A DNA stretch of 62,718 bases from a virus, in the IMG/VR virus record IMGVR_UViG_3300028901_000105, positions 1-62,718 of that record. One strand, 5' to 3'. Below are positions 1-9,246 of the stretch, piece by piece. Numbering within the stretch: the stretch's first letter is position 1; each line of letters opens with the position of its first letter. The notes beneath the pieces were generated by a model. It made no database searches, was not told the origin of the DNA, and saw only the letters and a list, made by a program, of their open reading frames with translations. The position numbers were made by a program, and so were the translations under genes.

Positions 1-141
1 ATCAGTGACTTTATTACGCTGACGGTCGTTCCTTCGGTGCAATCGTTTATCGACAAGGTGACTGCCATTTGGACATTGGTCGAGCCGGGATTGACCAGCC
101 TCAAAAATGGCATGAGTGCGGTGTTTGACTGGATCAACACC
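1..141. repeat. Terminal overlap; identical to 62578-62718 (circular assembly junction)
   Basis: Both window ends read atcagtgactttattacgctgacgg...tttgactggatcaacacc. Unit genome length is 62577 bp. Confidence 0.95.
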
Positions 142-546
142 AATGTTATTCAGCCTGCCAAAACCGCATTTGAACAGCTTCTAGCCATCTTTAATACCTT
201 AACTGGACAAGCCGGAGGAGGGTCGGGCGGGGGCATTGATATTGGCGGCGCAGTATTTAATGCCCTGTTCCCCAACCTAGCCCTTCTCGGAAATGTTCCC
301 GGTTATGCCGCTGGCATTGACTACATTCCGAATCAGCAGATCGCCATGCTGCATCCGGGCGAAGCCGTGCTGACCGCGCAGGAAAACCGTGCGCGGATGG
401 AAGGGGGCAGTGGCGGCAGTGGGACAGTGCTGAATTTTGCTGAAGGCGCGTTTGTGATTAATGCCAGTGGGGAAGCGGAAGGCCGCGCTGCTGCCAGAGG
501 GTTTAAGGAAGAACTTGGTGAACTGATTCAGGGGAGACTGGATTAA
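1..546 (+). CDS. Tape measure protein, C-terminal part (continuation of 60319..62718 across the circular junction)
   Basis: Frame 1 is open from base 1 and in phase with the ORF running off the window end. Stop TAA at 544-546. Gly-rich GGSGG tracts. Confidence 0.9.
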   Translation: MSDFITLTVVPSVQSFIDKVTAIWTLVEPGLTSLKNGMSAVFDWINTNVIQPAKTAFEQLLAIFNTLTGQAGGGSGGGIDIGGAVFNALFPNLALLGNVPGYAAGIDYIPNQQIAMLHPGEAVLTAQENRARMEGGSGGSGTVLNFAEGAFVINASGEAEGRAAARGFKEELGELIQGRLD

Positions 547-1415
547 TGGGACGCATAACCAAGTTTACGGGTCTGAATGGCAAAACCTACACCTTCCCAA
601 CAGTACCGGGCGACCAAGATTACCGCGACAACTTCAAAGAAGTGCGGGGCAGCGTCAGCCGCATTCCCGGTGCATCCGGCGGCGTCGATGAACATGGGAT
701 CGGCAGAGCGCCAACTGCTACAGGCAATGTGCAGTTTTCTATTTATATGCTGTCCACTGACCGCAACGGAATGGACGCCTTACGCGATGCTATTGCAGAG
801 ATGGTCGATTGGGGGTGGGGACGCCTGTTTTATCAACCCACAAACCCCGCCGCCGCAGAACGGTTCTGCTGGGGTCGCGTGAACAATATTGATGACCCGG
901 AACAGCGGCACAAAAACACCGATCTGTGGCAGCCCGTACGGTTGAGTTTTCAAGTGCCTGACCCCTATTGGTACACCAGAGGGAATGAATTTCTCTGGGA
1001 CGATGGCAACTTATGGGATGCATCCGGGCTGACATGGGACGGCACAGGGGCGCTCAACAGCATCACCAACAGCGGCGAATTTACCGTTACCTACAATGGC
1101 AGCGCTTACACGGTTGCCAATATTCTGTTGCTGAAAGACACATCCGGCACGGCCAATTACTTCAAGATTCAGCGCATTGTAAACCAGCAAATCAAGGATG
1201 AAGTGCGGTGGGATGGCGCACTTTTCAACGGGCAATATCTTCTGTTCGACGCCCGCGCTCATAAAGTTATGAACGTGGGCGGCGAAACCACCCGTATTCT
1301 CTTAACGACTAAATATGCCGACTGGATGCGCCTCTTGCCGGGGGATAACACCATCCGCGTTTTGTGCGAAGGCAGCGTGAAAGTAGGGCTGCGCTATTTG
1401 GAGCGATACCGATGA
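546..1415 (+). CDS. Distal tail protein (Dit / siphovirus tail family-like)
   Basis: 289 aa. The ATG overlaps the tape measure stop (TAATG). Call rests on position directly after the tape measure gene and on size. Confidence 0.55.
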   Translation: MGRITKFTGLNGKTYTFPTVPGDQDYRDNFKEVRGSVSRIPGASGGVDEHGIGRAPTATGNVQFSIYMLSTDRNGMDALRDAIAEMVDWGWGRLFYQPTNPAAAERFCWGRVNNIDDPEQRHKNTDLWQPVRLSFQVPDPYWYTRGNEFLWDDGNLWDASGLTWDGTGALNSITNSGEFTVTYNGSAYTVANILLLKDTSGTANYFKIQRIVNQQIKDEVRWDGALFNGQYLLFDARAHKVMNVGGETTRILLTTKYADWMRLLPGDNTIRVLCEGSVKVGLRYLERYR

Positions 1416-1729
1416 CAATCACTTTAAGCATAACCCATACAGCCGCGCCTACAACAGCGGTAGGCGCGGCTGATGTGACCGGGCCGGATACGCAGCTCGC
1501 CAATCACATCAACAACATCCTGAACGCGGCACAGGCGTTTGAGCAGCAGCTTTTTACGCAGATTGCCACGCCTGCCAACCCAACCGCGACCAACTTCAAA
1601 ATCTATGTGAAGTCCGATGGCAAGGTCTACGTCCTCAACAGTTCTGGCACCGAAACGCTGGTCGGGCCAGCAGCCGCGTCATCCAGCGGGGACACATTCA
1701 ATATGGTACGAAATCGCATTTTTGCGTGA
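1412..1729 (+). CDS. Hypothetical tail-module protein
   Basis: ATGA start/stop overlap with the upstream gene. 105 aa from the internal Met of ORF 1364..1729. Confidence 0.6.
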   Translation: MTITLSITHTAAPTTAVGAADVTGPDTQLANHINNILNAAQAFEQQLFTQIATPANPTATNFKIYVKSDGKVYVLNSSGTETLVGPAAASSSGDTFNMVRNRIFA

Positions 1730-1737
1730 GGTAAACA

Positions 1738-2097
1738 ATGGCAACAGCTTATACGCTTATTCCGCTCAGCGGGTCAACACATGGGCGACCGATCAAAGTC
1801 ACCCAAACGGCAACAGCCGGGAACATCATTCATACTGCCAACGCTGTTACAGCGGACGATACGGGTGATTTGATTGAACTGTATGCAACCAATACTAGCA
1901 GTTCAAATGTTGTCCTAACGCTAGAAGTCGGCGGAACAACCAGCCCCGACGATTTAGTGAAGTTCACTGTTCCGGCCAATGGCACAATTCCGCTAGGCGA
2001 ATATTTACTGCGAAACAGCCTAGTCCTGCGAGCATTTGCTGGCACAACGGCTGTCATCAATGTGTTTGGTAAAGTGTACAGGCTGACAACGGTATGA
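1738..2097 (+). CDS. Hypothetical tail-module protein (beta-rich)
   Basis: 119-aa ORF, tightly packed in the tail operon. Confidence 0.65.
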   Translation: MATAYTLIPLSGSTHGRPIKVTQTATAGNIIHTANAVTADDTGDLIELYATNTSSSNVVLTLEVGGTTSPDDLVKFTVPANGTIPLGEYLLRNSLVLRAFAGTTAVINVFGKVYRLTTV

Positions 2098-2843
2098 AGC
2101 CCCGAATGAACTCGCTCTACAACGGCCTCATCGAATACTGGCCGCTGCATGAACCGAGCGGTGATCGATTTGGAATAGTGCTTGCAACGCAACTGGCCGA
2201 TACAAACACGGTTACACAGGCGGATGGGCGTGTCATTAGTGCAGCATCGTTTGCCAGCGCCAGCAGTGAGCGATTAGGGGTTGCCAGCAGCGCAGTTATT
2301 CAAACAGGTGACATTGACTTTACATGGGCGGCGTGGGTCTGGCTAGAAACCACAACAGCCAATATGTATATCCTGAGCAAAGACAATGCCTCTGGCACGG
2401 GGCGCGAATACGTGGTGAATTACGCCAACGTAGCAGATCGCCTTCAGTTTTCCGTATTCAAATCCGGGCCAACAGCGGTTACTGCACAAGCGGATACCTT
2501 TGGCGCACCACCAGATGACACATGGATGTTTGTGGTCGGATGGCACGATGCAGCGGCAGATACGGTCAATATTCAGGTCAATGATGGAGCAGTAGACAGC
2601 ACGGCTACAGGCGGCGCATTACAGGCAGCAGGCGCGGCGGCACTGAATTTTGGGGCGCGTGGTGATGCGACCATTTACTTAAACGGGCGGCTGTGTGAAG
2701 TCGGATTCTGGAAACGTGTCCTCACACCGCTCGAACGGCTGTGGCTCTACAATCAGGGGTTGGGCAGAACCTACCCCTTTGATGGCCGTCCCGGATTGAA
2801 ACCGCGCAAGCCGTGGCAGCAAATGATGGGGCCACTGTCATGA
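2094..2843 (+). CDS. LamG / concanavalin-A-like lectin domain protein
   Basis: DIDFTWAAWVWL...TWMFVVGWHD...IYLNGRLCEVGFWKRVLT pattern is typical of Laminin_G_3-type domains. Confidence 0.6.
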   Translation: MKPRMNSLYNGLIEYWPLHEPSGDRFGIVLATQLADTNTVTQADGRVISAASFASASSERLGVASSAVIQTGDIDFTWAAWVWLETTTANMYILSKDNASGTGREYVVNYANVADRLQFSVFKSGPTAVTAQADTFGAPPDDTWMFVVGWHDAAADTVNIQVNDGAVDSTATGGALQAAGAAALNFGARGDATIYLNGRLCEVGFWKRVLTPLERLWLYNQGLGRTYPFDGRPGLKPRKPWQQMMGPLS

Positions 2844-4624
2844 GGCTATACACAAGCGTTTACAGCACCAGTGATGAACACTTGGGGGATGTTTACACCC
2901 TCAAAGAGGCTTCGTTCACTGAAGCGTTGGACGAGGTGGGGTCAATCGCGTGCAGCATCCCGCTGGCTGACAAGGAGGGCTTTGATTTACTCGCATCCGA
3001 ACGCGAAATCCGGCTGCACCTTGAACACGACGATACAACCCGCGAATGGGGTAGGGGGATTGTTCGCAAACGGAACATCAAAAACCTGACCGATTTGCGT
3101 GTCACTGGCCCGGATGCGACGGACAAACTCAAACGCGCCAACACCCTTTTGGGGCGCAGCTATGAAAACCAGACCCTACAAACCATTGCCAACAGCCTCA
3201 TTGCGCTTGCGCCCGGATGGACAGTGACGGTTGCACCTGCCTATGCCAATTTGCTGCACAGCGCCCGCTTTGAAGGGGTGAGCGTCCTGAAAGCCCTCAC
3301 CCGCCTGGCAGAAGAACGGGGGTTGCACATTCGGCAGGGAACAGCCGCACAAACCATTGAAATTGGAGCATTCGGTACTGACAATGGCATTTGGGCGGTC
3401 GCGCCGGATTCGATTGGCCTTGACATATACCTCAACGATAACCTGATCCTCATTGACGACATCACGCAAGACACCAGCACACAGGAAGTTGTCAACTGGA
3501 TTATCCCGATTGGCGCAGGCGAAGGCACTGCTGCCCTGACCCTCAAATACAGCACCCGGTCAATTGCAGGTGGGTATCCCTACAACATTCAGTCCATGAC
3601 CGGTCCCGATGGCCGCACCTTGTATTACCTCAGCGATTCAGCCAGTATCGCGCTGTATGGACAGTCGCAAAAGGTAGTGACGTTCAAGGAAATCGGCCCC
3701 ATTGCCAACAGCAGCCCCGCGCGGGAACTGGCGGCCAACGCCCTGTATGATGCCGCCGCTGCGTGGTTGCAGCGCAACAGTGTGGCGCTTGTCACCTACA
3801 AAATCAGCGCCAAAAAGACGCGCCAAACTATTCGGGCAGGGGACAAAATTCGTGTCACCTACAAGGGCTATATCGAAACAGAAAAGGGTGATGTTGTCCC
3901 GATTGACCTGAACAATCAATTGTTTTGGGTGATGCGAAAACGGGAAAATGTAGGCAGCGATTCAACCACGCTTGGGCTGGATATTGCCAGTGTTGATCGT
4001 TATGAGATGGATACTGCGCGAGTTGTCGTGGGGGCGATTGAATCTATTCGTGTCAAAAATGTGGCCGTGCAAACATTTCCTGCCATGTTTACCTATTCGC
4101 AATGGGACACCATTCAATGGGGAACAAATGTCTATCACCAGAAGGCGGCGATATTCCCCCTCCGGGTGGATTCCAAAATCACCGATCTGATTCAGGTTTC
4201 GATGCAATTCAGAACACGTCCGCTGAGTACAACCGCAACCTTTGACCACTACGACGGCACGGCTGACCACAATGAATTTTTGGAAACCTATGCATTCGCC
4301 GTGCGGGTAAGCGAACACTACCCGCAAAGTATCTCCCTGTACATTGACGGGGAGAATGTGACGAGTGAGTTTGGCGGGCCGTGGGCCGGAAGTGACGCGG
4401 CAGTGGATATAACGCTCGAACTAACCGATAAGATCATCAACGATCCGGGCGGGTTATACCAGACACACCGAATTGAATTTCGCTGCGAACCAGTAGAGGG
4501 GCAGGATTTTGTCCATGTACAAGGCAGCGCCCCGCCTTATTCGGTCGTCAATATCAGTCACGGCTTTGTTGACTGCACAATCAGCGTCTTCGGGACGGTT
4601 CAGGCTATTGCGCCTACGACATGA
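2840..4624 (+). CDS. Tail-associated (Tal-like) tail tip protein
   Basis: ATGA overlap with the upstream stop. 594 aa. The N-terminus (MRLYTS...YTLKEASFTEALDEVGSIACSIPL) resembles the N-terminus of siphovirus Tal / prophage tail endopeptidase family proteins. Confidence 0.55.
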   Translation: MRLYTSVYSTSDEHLGDVYTLKEASFTEALDEVGSIACSIPLADKEGFDLLASEREIRLHLEHDDTTREWGRGIVRKRNIKNLTDLRVTGPDATDKLKRANTLLGRSYENQTLQTIANSLIALAPGWTVTVAPAYANLLHSARFEGVSVLKALTRLAEERGLHIRQGTAAQTIEIGAFGTDNGIWAVAPDSIGLDIYLNDNLILIDDITQDTSTQEVVNWIIPIGAGEGTAALTLKYSTRSIAGGYPYNIQSMTGPDGRTLYYLSDSASIALYGQSQKVVTFKEIGPIANSSPARELAANALYDAAAAWLQRNSVALVTYKISAKKTRQTIRAGDKIRVTYKGYIETEKGDVVPIDLNNQLFWVMRKRENVGSDSTTLGLDIASVDRYEMDTARVVVGAIESIRVKNVAVQTFPAMFTYSQWDTIQWGTNVYHQKAAIFPLRVDSKITDLIQVSMQFRTRPLSTTATFDHYDGTADHNEFLETYAFAVRVSEHYPQSISLYIDGENVTSEFGGPWAGSDAAVDITLELTDKIINDPGGLYQTHRIEFRCEPVEGQDFVHVQGSAPPYSVVNISHGFVDCTISVFGTVQAIAPTT

Positions 4625-4672
4625 GCATTACCTAAAACAGTATGAATTACTGCACAGTAGGAATGCATTGTG

Positions 4673-4681
4673 TGGTATAGT
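4673..4681 (+). promoter_or_regulatory. Extended -10 element (TGgTATAGT) upstream of the esterase gene
   Basis: tgtggtatagt lies in the 85-bp gap after the Tal-like gene. There is no good -35. An agtatgaatt 10-mer upstream equals one operator repeat at 23897. Confidence 0.35.
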
Positions 4682-4709
4682 GGTGGGTAATAAGTGCTAA
4701 CGGGCAATC

Positions 4710-5759
4710 ATGATTCGATATCTTTTCCTACTACTCACCGTACTGCTTGGCATCCGCGAAACGGCTGCTGCTCAAGCTATCACTCTGACTGTGACCTCGC
4801 CAACCGCCTATCAGGTATTCCAGCGCAGTGCTGGTGCATCTGATATTCAGGTATCGGGGTATGTCGCCAATAGTCCCGGTTATACCATCGAAGTATCACT
4901 GGACGGCGGGCAAAACTGGAACTGGCTCACGACGGCCAATGTCCCGTTTTTTCACGGGGTGGTGAGTGGAATCGCACAGGGGCAGTACACTATCTCTGTG
5001 CGGATCGCTGGCAGCGCTGTACAAAAAGATGTGCCGTTCGTCGGTGTCGGTGACATCTTTGTCATTGCGGGGCAGTCCAACGCCAGCGGGCGCTTGGTAT
5101 ACAGGCAGGTCTACAGTCATCCCACGTTGAAGGCGGGATTATTTACCAATGCGTATCTTTGGGGCGAATTGAAGGATTTCACCGACAGCATCACGAGCCA
5201 GCGAGATACCATATCGGCAGGTGATTATGGTGTTGGCAGCATATGGCCGCTGCTGGCAACGCATATTATGGCAGACCAGAATGTGCCTGTAGCCTTTGTG
5301 CCATGCGCCAAAGGTGGCAGCAGCATCACCCAATGGCAACCTGCGTACCCTCTAACTCAAACGACCTTGTACGGGTCGTGTGTCAACCGGATTTACACGG
5401 TCGGCGGAGCGAAAGCGATTCTCTGGCTGCAAGGCGAAACAGACGCGGGCAACAACATGGCAACTGAGATTTACGAGGAACGGCTAAACACCCTCGCGGA
5501 TGCTTTCCAAGCCGACACTGGCTTGTCTATGATGGTTGCCCAGCTTCACACACTGACAAAAATCCCCGTTTCTGCCCAAATGGAAATCCGCGAGGCAATA
5601 TTCGCAGCAGATGAAGCCAATGAGAACATTATCACCGGGCCAGACTTGAGTGTCATCCGGGCGACTGACCGCGCTGGTCAGCACTTCACGACCACCGCAG
5701 CAGGCCAACTTGCCGCTGATCTTTGGTGGCAGGCGATTAAAACCGCCCTGTATTCCTAA
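4710..5759 (+). CDS. Secreted SGNH/SASA-type carbohydrate O-acetylesterase-like protein
   Basis: N-terminal signal peptide MIRYLFLLLTVLLGIRETAAAQA. The motifs GQSNASGR, CAKGGSSITQW and LWLQGETDA match the sialate O-acetylesterase (DUF303) pattern. Confidence 0.65.
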   Translation: MIRYLFLLLTVLLGIRETAAAQAITLTVTSPTAYQVFQRSAGASDIQVSGYVANSPGYTIEVSLDGGQNWNWLTTANVPFFHGVVSGIAQGQYTISVRIAGSAVQKDVPFVGVGDIFVIAGQSNASGRLVYRQVYSHPTLKAGLFTNAYLWGELKDFTDSITSQRDTISAGDYGVGSIWPLLATHIMADQNVPVAFVPCAKGGSSITQWQPAYPLTQTTLYGSCVNRIYTVGGAKAILWLQGETDAGNNMATEIYEERLNTLADAFQADTGLSMMVAQLHTLTKIPVSAQMEIREAIFAADEANENIITGPDLSVIRATDRAGQHFTTTAAGQLAADLWWQAIKTALYS

Positions 5760-5992
5760 TTTTCGCCTTTGGGCGAATTATCACCCAACAAAAATTCCGT
5801 ATCAACCCAGCCTGTAGAATAAATCTGATTAAGCCCAACATGGGATTGCGCCCATTGGCACATTTTTTCAAGGACTTCAGTAGAAGTCAATCCACCCGGC
5901 CAAGCATCCTCGCCGGAAAATCCAGCAAAGTATTCACGCTCGGTTTGAGGCCTCTTAATCAGCTTTATTGGTTCACGATCATTCATGTTCAA
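5756..5992 (-). CDS. Hypothetical protein next to the recombinase
   Basis: 78-aa ORF co-oriented with the recombinase gene. Confidence 0.55.
   Translation of the reverse strand: MNMNDREPIKLIKRPQTEREYFAGFSGEDAWPGGLTSTEVLEKMCQWAQSHVGLNQIYSTGWVDTEFLLGDNSPKGEN
5762..5777. repeat. TTCGCC-TTTG-GGCGAA palindrome copy 1
   Basis: Inverted 6-7 bp arms with a 4-nt centre. Lies 3 nt after the esterase stop and inside the 3' end of 5756..5992(-), where it reads SPKGE. Confidence 0.9.
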
Positions 5993-5996
5993 ATCC

Positions 5997-6905
5997 TTAT
6001 TGGTAACGTTCGTCTAGCTTTTCAGTGAGAGCATCCGCAGCACCCTTATTGACATGCTGCAAATAAATACTGGTCACACGAACGCTTTTGTGGCGCATCA
6101 ATCTGGAAACCTCTGTGATACGCGCTCCAGATCGCTCCGCATTCATCGCCGCTGTATGGCGCAAACTGTGAACACTAATGCCATGCCCCGGCCCAAAAAC
6201 AGCGTCACATCTTTTCTTGACCATGTACTGAATCTGATAGTATTTCATGCCAAACAATGGGGCATCATCTTCACGTTCAACTGTTTTGATGTAGTCGCGG
6301 AGCACCTTCGTGGTGTTTGTGGGCAACCTGCATTCTTCTTCGTCACCACCTTTATTGACGTAAGCAAAATACATCACACTCCCTTGATTGCGAAAACTGT
6401 CTACGGTCGCACTAGCGATAGCATCAAGTCGAACAGCCGTCGTCAAAAACAAAAGCAGTATGGTGTAATCCCGCTGCCCAATAAGAGTCTTTCGGTCAAT
6501 GGCCTTCAGCAGGTCTACATCCTGTCCATCTTCCAAGGCGGTTGCTTTGCCATAGGGGTTTACTGGAATATGGTGGACATCTTCAGCCGGATTGTCATCC
6601 CTCAGATAGCCTTTGTTTATCTTGATAAATTCATAGAACGACGAAATGGCTGACAGCTTTTGATTGACAGTCGCCGCTTTGTGCTTTTGCCCCAAAACGA
6701 TTTTCCATGCGCGTACATGGTCGCGTTCAACCGCGCCTGCATGAAGCCCGCAAAACGCATAAAACTGTTCCCACGCCCGATTGTAGGCTTCGCGGGTATG
6801 ACGTGACCTAAACTCCGAAATCCAAAGCACATAAGCCTGCTGCCATTCATCAGGAAGGGTACTATGAATTGCTGTTGTTTGATGGGGTGCTGTGATCTTA
6901 CCCAT
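5997..6905 (-). CDS. Tyrosine recombinase / integrase (XerC/D-like)
   Basis: Contains RDYTILLLFLTTAVRLD and the C-terminal HSLRHTAA...RLMRHKSVRVTSIYL (R..H-x-x-R..Y catalytic pattern). Start chosen at the internal ATG preceded by GGGAGAG; the longest ORF extends to 6968. Confidence 0.85.
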   Translation of the reverse strand: MGKITAPHQTTAIHSTLPDEWQQAYVLWISEFRSRHTREAYNRAWEQFYAFCGLHAGAVERDHVRAWKIVLGQKHKAATVNQKLSAISSFYEFIKINKGYLRDDNPAEDVHHIPVNPYGKATALEDGQDVDLLKAIDRKTLIGQRDYTILLLFLTTAVRLDAIASATVDSFRNQGSVMYFAYVNKGGDEEECRLPTNTTKVLRDYIKTVEREDDAPLFGMKYYQIQYMVKKRCDAVFGPGHGISVHSLRHTAAMNAERSGARITEVSRLMRHKSVRVTSIYLQHVNKGAADALTEKLDERYQ

Positions 6906-6997
6906 ACCCTTGCTCTCCCTAAGATTGGTTTCTACATAACAACCCATTATGTAGAATAATTTTAGCATGTGCGGTCTAGGTTTGCAAACGAACAGAC

Positions 6998-7027
6998 TTG
7001 CAATTTATAGAACAAATGTGTTAGTAT
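6998..7027 (+). promoter_or_regulatory. Promoter, GAAC-N4-GTGy family (TTGCAA-N18-TAGTAT)
   Basis: cTTGCAAtttatAGAACaaatGTGtTAGTAT lies upstream of the lysis-block gene at 7055. Confidence 0.5.
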
Positions 7028-7054
7028 TCTTTAGGGAATATCAATGGTGTCTCA

Positions 7055-7807
7055 ATGTCTGTACTCGAAACAACCGAACTGAAAGAACTTGTAGAACTCC
7101 TGATGCCTGAAATTGAAGATAAGATTCGGGCGGCTGTTCGTGACGCCATGCATGATGTCCCAACCCTTGAAACCGTTGACCGGATGATCGACGCCAAGGT
7201 TGATCCGTTGAAGGTACAGATTCGGGAGCAGACCAACAGCCTTGATAAACACCTACGCCAATCTGAAGCGGACTTAAAGGAAGCTGCCCGTACCTTCAAC
7301 AAGTCGGCTGCTGACTTGCAGGTACTAAATGGGCAAATCAGCGAAAAAATTGGCGGGCTAACTGCAATGGATGCGTCCCAGCAAGGACAAATCACCCAAC
7401 TGCAAAATGCTATCACGACCATCACCAGTCAAGCGGTTGGCGACCGCAAAGACATAGATCGGGTTGTGACAGATGCCTATCGTCTGAAAGTCGATATTCA
7501 TGGCGACCCAGATCAACCTCATATTCCGAGTCTATATGGGATTATCAAAACCAATCACGCGGCGATACTTGAAAGCATCAAGCAGGTGTCGGATGAGCAG
7601 CGCCAAATCAGCGAACGTCTGGCTTCTGTAGAAGGCTTCATAACCACGCAAAAAACAGCCTTAAAAGCGCTAGTCAGCACATTTAAAGCCGTATGGCGTA
7701 CCGGACGCGGAAAGCTGCTTATTGGGGCTGTTGTGGCGGGTTTAACCACCCTCCCCGACACCGCCCCGTTTCATGCCATTATCAAGTCAGTGTTAGGACT
7801 GCCATGA
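7055..7807 (+). CDS. Coiled-coil protein with C-terminal transmembrane segment (lysis-cassette associated)
   Basis: 250 aa with heptad-rich sequence. The C-terminal LLIGAVVAGLTTL is hydrophobic. The stop overlaps the start of the glycosidase gene. Confidence 0.6.
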   Translation: MSVLETTELKELVELLMPEIEDKIRAAVRDAMHDVPTLETVDRMIDAKVDPLKVQIREQTNSLDKHLRQSEADLKEAARTFNKSAADLQVLNGQISEKIGGLTAMDASQQGQITQLQNAITTITSQAVGDRKDIDRVVTDAYRLKVDIHGDPDQPHIPSLYGIIKTNHAAILESIKQVSDEQRQISERLASVEGFITTQKTALKALVSTFKAVWRTGRGKLLIGAVVAGLTTLPDTAPFHAIIKSVLGLP

Positions 7808-9246
7808 GAATCGGTATCGGTATCCATTCGCACGGTCAAGGCATTGACCGCCAGCGGTTAAACAATTTCCTCATTACCACCCGCCCGGATTGGAACTTGG
7901 TGCTGGATGACTTGGACTACGCCAAGAAGGTTCGGGAACTGCTGCCCAACTCCAACGTCATCTTCCGTGAACATGGCGACAAGGGTGATGAAACCATTCA
8001 TCTGCAAAAAACACCGGAGGAATGGGTAACGTGGAAAAAGCCGCAGCTTGCCCAAGCACCCGGCGTCTGGATGCATACCAGCAATGAACCCCCCTTTGAT
8101 GCCAAAGTCCTCCAGTGGCACATCCGGCTGATGAAGCTGTGCGTCAAAGAGCGTATCCCGCTGGTTGTTGGCAGTTGGGCGGTTGGTGTTACGCCCAAGC
8201 CTGAAGAATTACCGAACTATCCTGACCTCAAGGAATTCCTGCAACTGCTGGATGAGCACCGCGATTTGTTCGTGTTGGGGCTGCATGAATACGGCTGTGG
8301 GGTGCTGACATCGGGATTGGTGGGCGGCGCACCGGATGACCCGGCACATCCCAATTACATCTTTCGTACAAATTGGCCGGAAAGCACAAGGGGGTTGACC
8401 AAGTTCCACTGTGGGCGTTTTGAGTTTCTGACCAACTATGCCCGGTCGCTTGGCCTTCGCGCCCCGCGTATCGTGCTGACTGAACATGGCCTCGATGACC
8501 TGAGCGACATCAAGTTCTGGTCGCAAACGCTCAAGGTCAAATCTGGCTACCTGAACATTCGCGGCTGGAAAACACTGACTGACCAATGGAACGATTGGTA
8601 CAGCAAGTACGGTTGGTCGCCTGAACAGGCTTACTTTGAAATGCTGAAGTGGGCTGACAAAGCCATCTACCAAAACACCGAAGTCGAAGGCCAAATCATC
8701 TTTTCGTGGGGTTATTCGTCCGGGGATTGGGATCAGTTCAATATCTCGGAAGCCTTCACGCTCCAACAGCAGCTTGCGCTGTACGCCTTTGAGCAGCCTG
8801 TACCCAAACCCGGTGAACCGCCTACTAACATTGGAATGCCGATGAAAGTTGTACTGCTACACGATACCCCGCTGTGTGCTGCGCCGCAGGGTGCAGCCAT
8901 TGAAACCCTGCCTGCTGGAACGGTGGGCATTCTGTACGGCATTCCAGAAACAAAGGTGGGGAATTATAGCTGGCGGTGGTTTCAGCGCGAAGGCGCACAA
9001 ACAGGCGGATTCGTCCGGTTCACCGATTTGCAGTACCGCACGTGGACACCTGAGCCGCCGCCCCCTGATCCAGAAAAGCCTACCACGCGGACGATTAAGA
9101 TCACCATCGAAGCAACCGACCCGGAACTGGCTGAACTGGCAACCTCCTATATGCAAGTCATGACCAACTTCGCGCAATACGTGGAGTTATGGCAGTCCCT
9201 TAAACCTTCAATTGTTGTGGCAATCCCACAAGGAGAAACATCGTGA
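7804..9246 (+). CDS. Putative endolysin: clan GH-A-like TIM-barrel glycoside hydrolase with C-terminal SH3b-like domain
   Basis: ATGA overlap with the upstream gene. The motifs MHTSNEPP and VLTEHGLDD resemble the acid/base and nucleophile strands of GH clan A. The C-terminal KVVLLHDTPL...GNYSWRWF is SH3-like. Confidence 0.55.
   Translation: MRIGIGIHSHGQGIDRQRLNNFLITTRPDWNLVLDDLDYAKKVRELLPNSNVIFREHGDKGDETIHLQKTPEEWVTWKKPQLAQAPGVWMHTSNEPPFDAKVLQWHIRLMKLCVKERIPLVVGSWAVGVTPKPEELPNYPDLKEFLQLLDEHRDLFVLGLHEYGCGVLTSGLVGGAPDDPAHPNYIFRTNWPESTRGLTKFHCGRFEFLTNYARSLGLRAPRIVLTEHGLDDLSDIKFWSQTLKVKSGYLNIRGWKTLTDQWNDWYSKYGWSPEQAYFEMLKWADKAIYQNTEVEGQIIFSWGYSSGDWDQFNISEAFTLQQQLALYAFEQPVPKPGEPPTNIGMPMKVVLLHDTPLCAAPQGAAIETLPAGTVGILYGIPETKVGNYSWRWFQREGAQTGGFVRFTDLQYRTWTPEPPPPDPEKPTTRTIKITIEATDPELAELATSYMQVMTNFAQYVELWQSLKPSIVVAIPQGETS

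Noticed and set aside
4639-4648. 10-mer agtatgaatt shared with the control region (23897-23906)
   Set aside because: A single shared 10-mer is not statistically meaningful on its own in 62.6 kb. It is mentioned only as context for the esterase gene.
6969-7054. Possible attP next to the recombinase (TTGCAA repeats)
   Set aside because: Only two short self-complementary hexamers are present, and one of them serves as a -35 element. There is no tRNA fragment or extended dyad. attP cannot be assigned without a host attB.
8209-8766. 185-aa minus-strand ORF
   Set aside because: Antisense to the glycoside hydrolase gene, with no independent signals.
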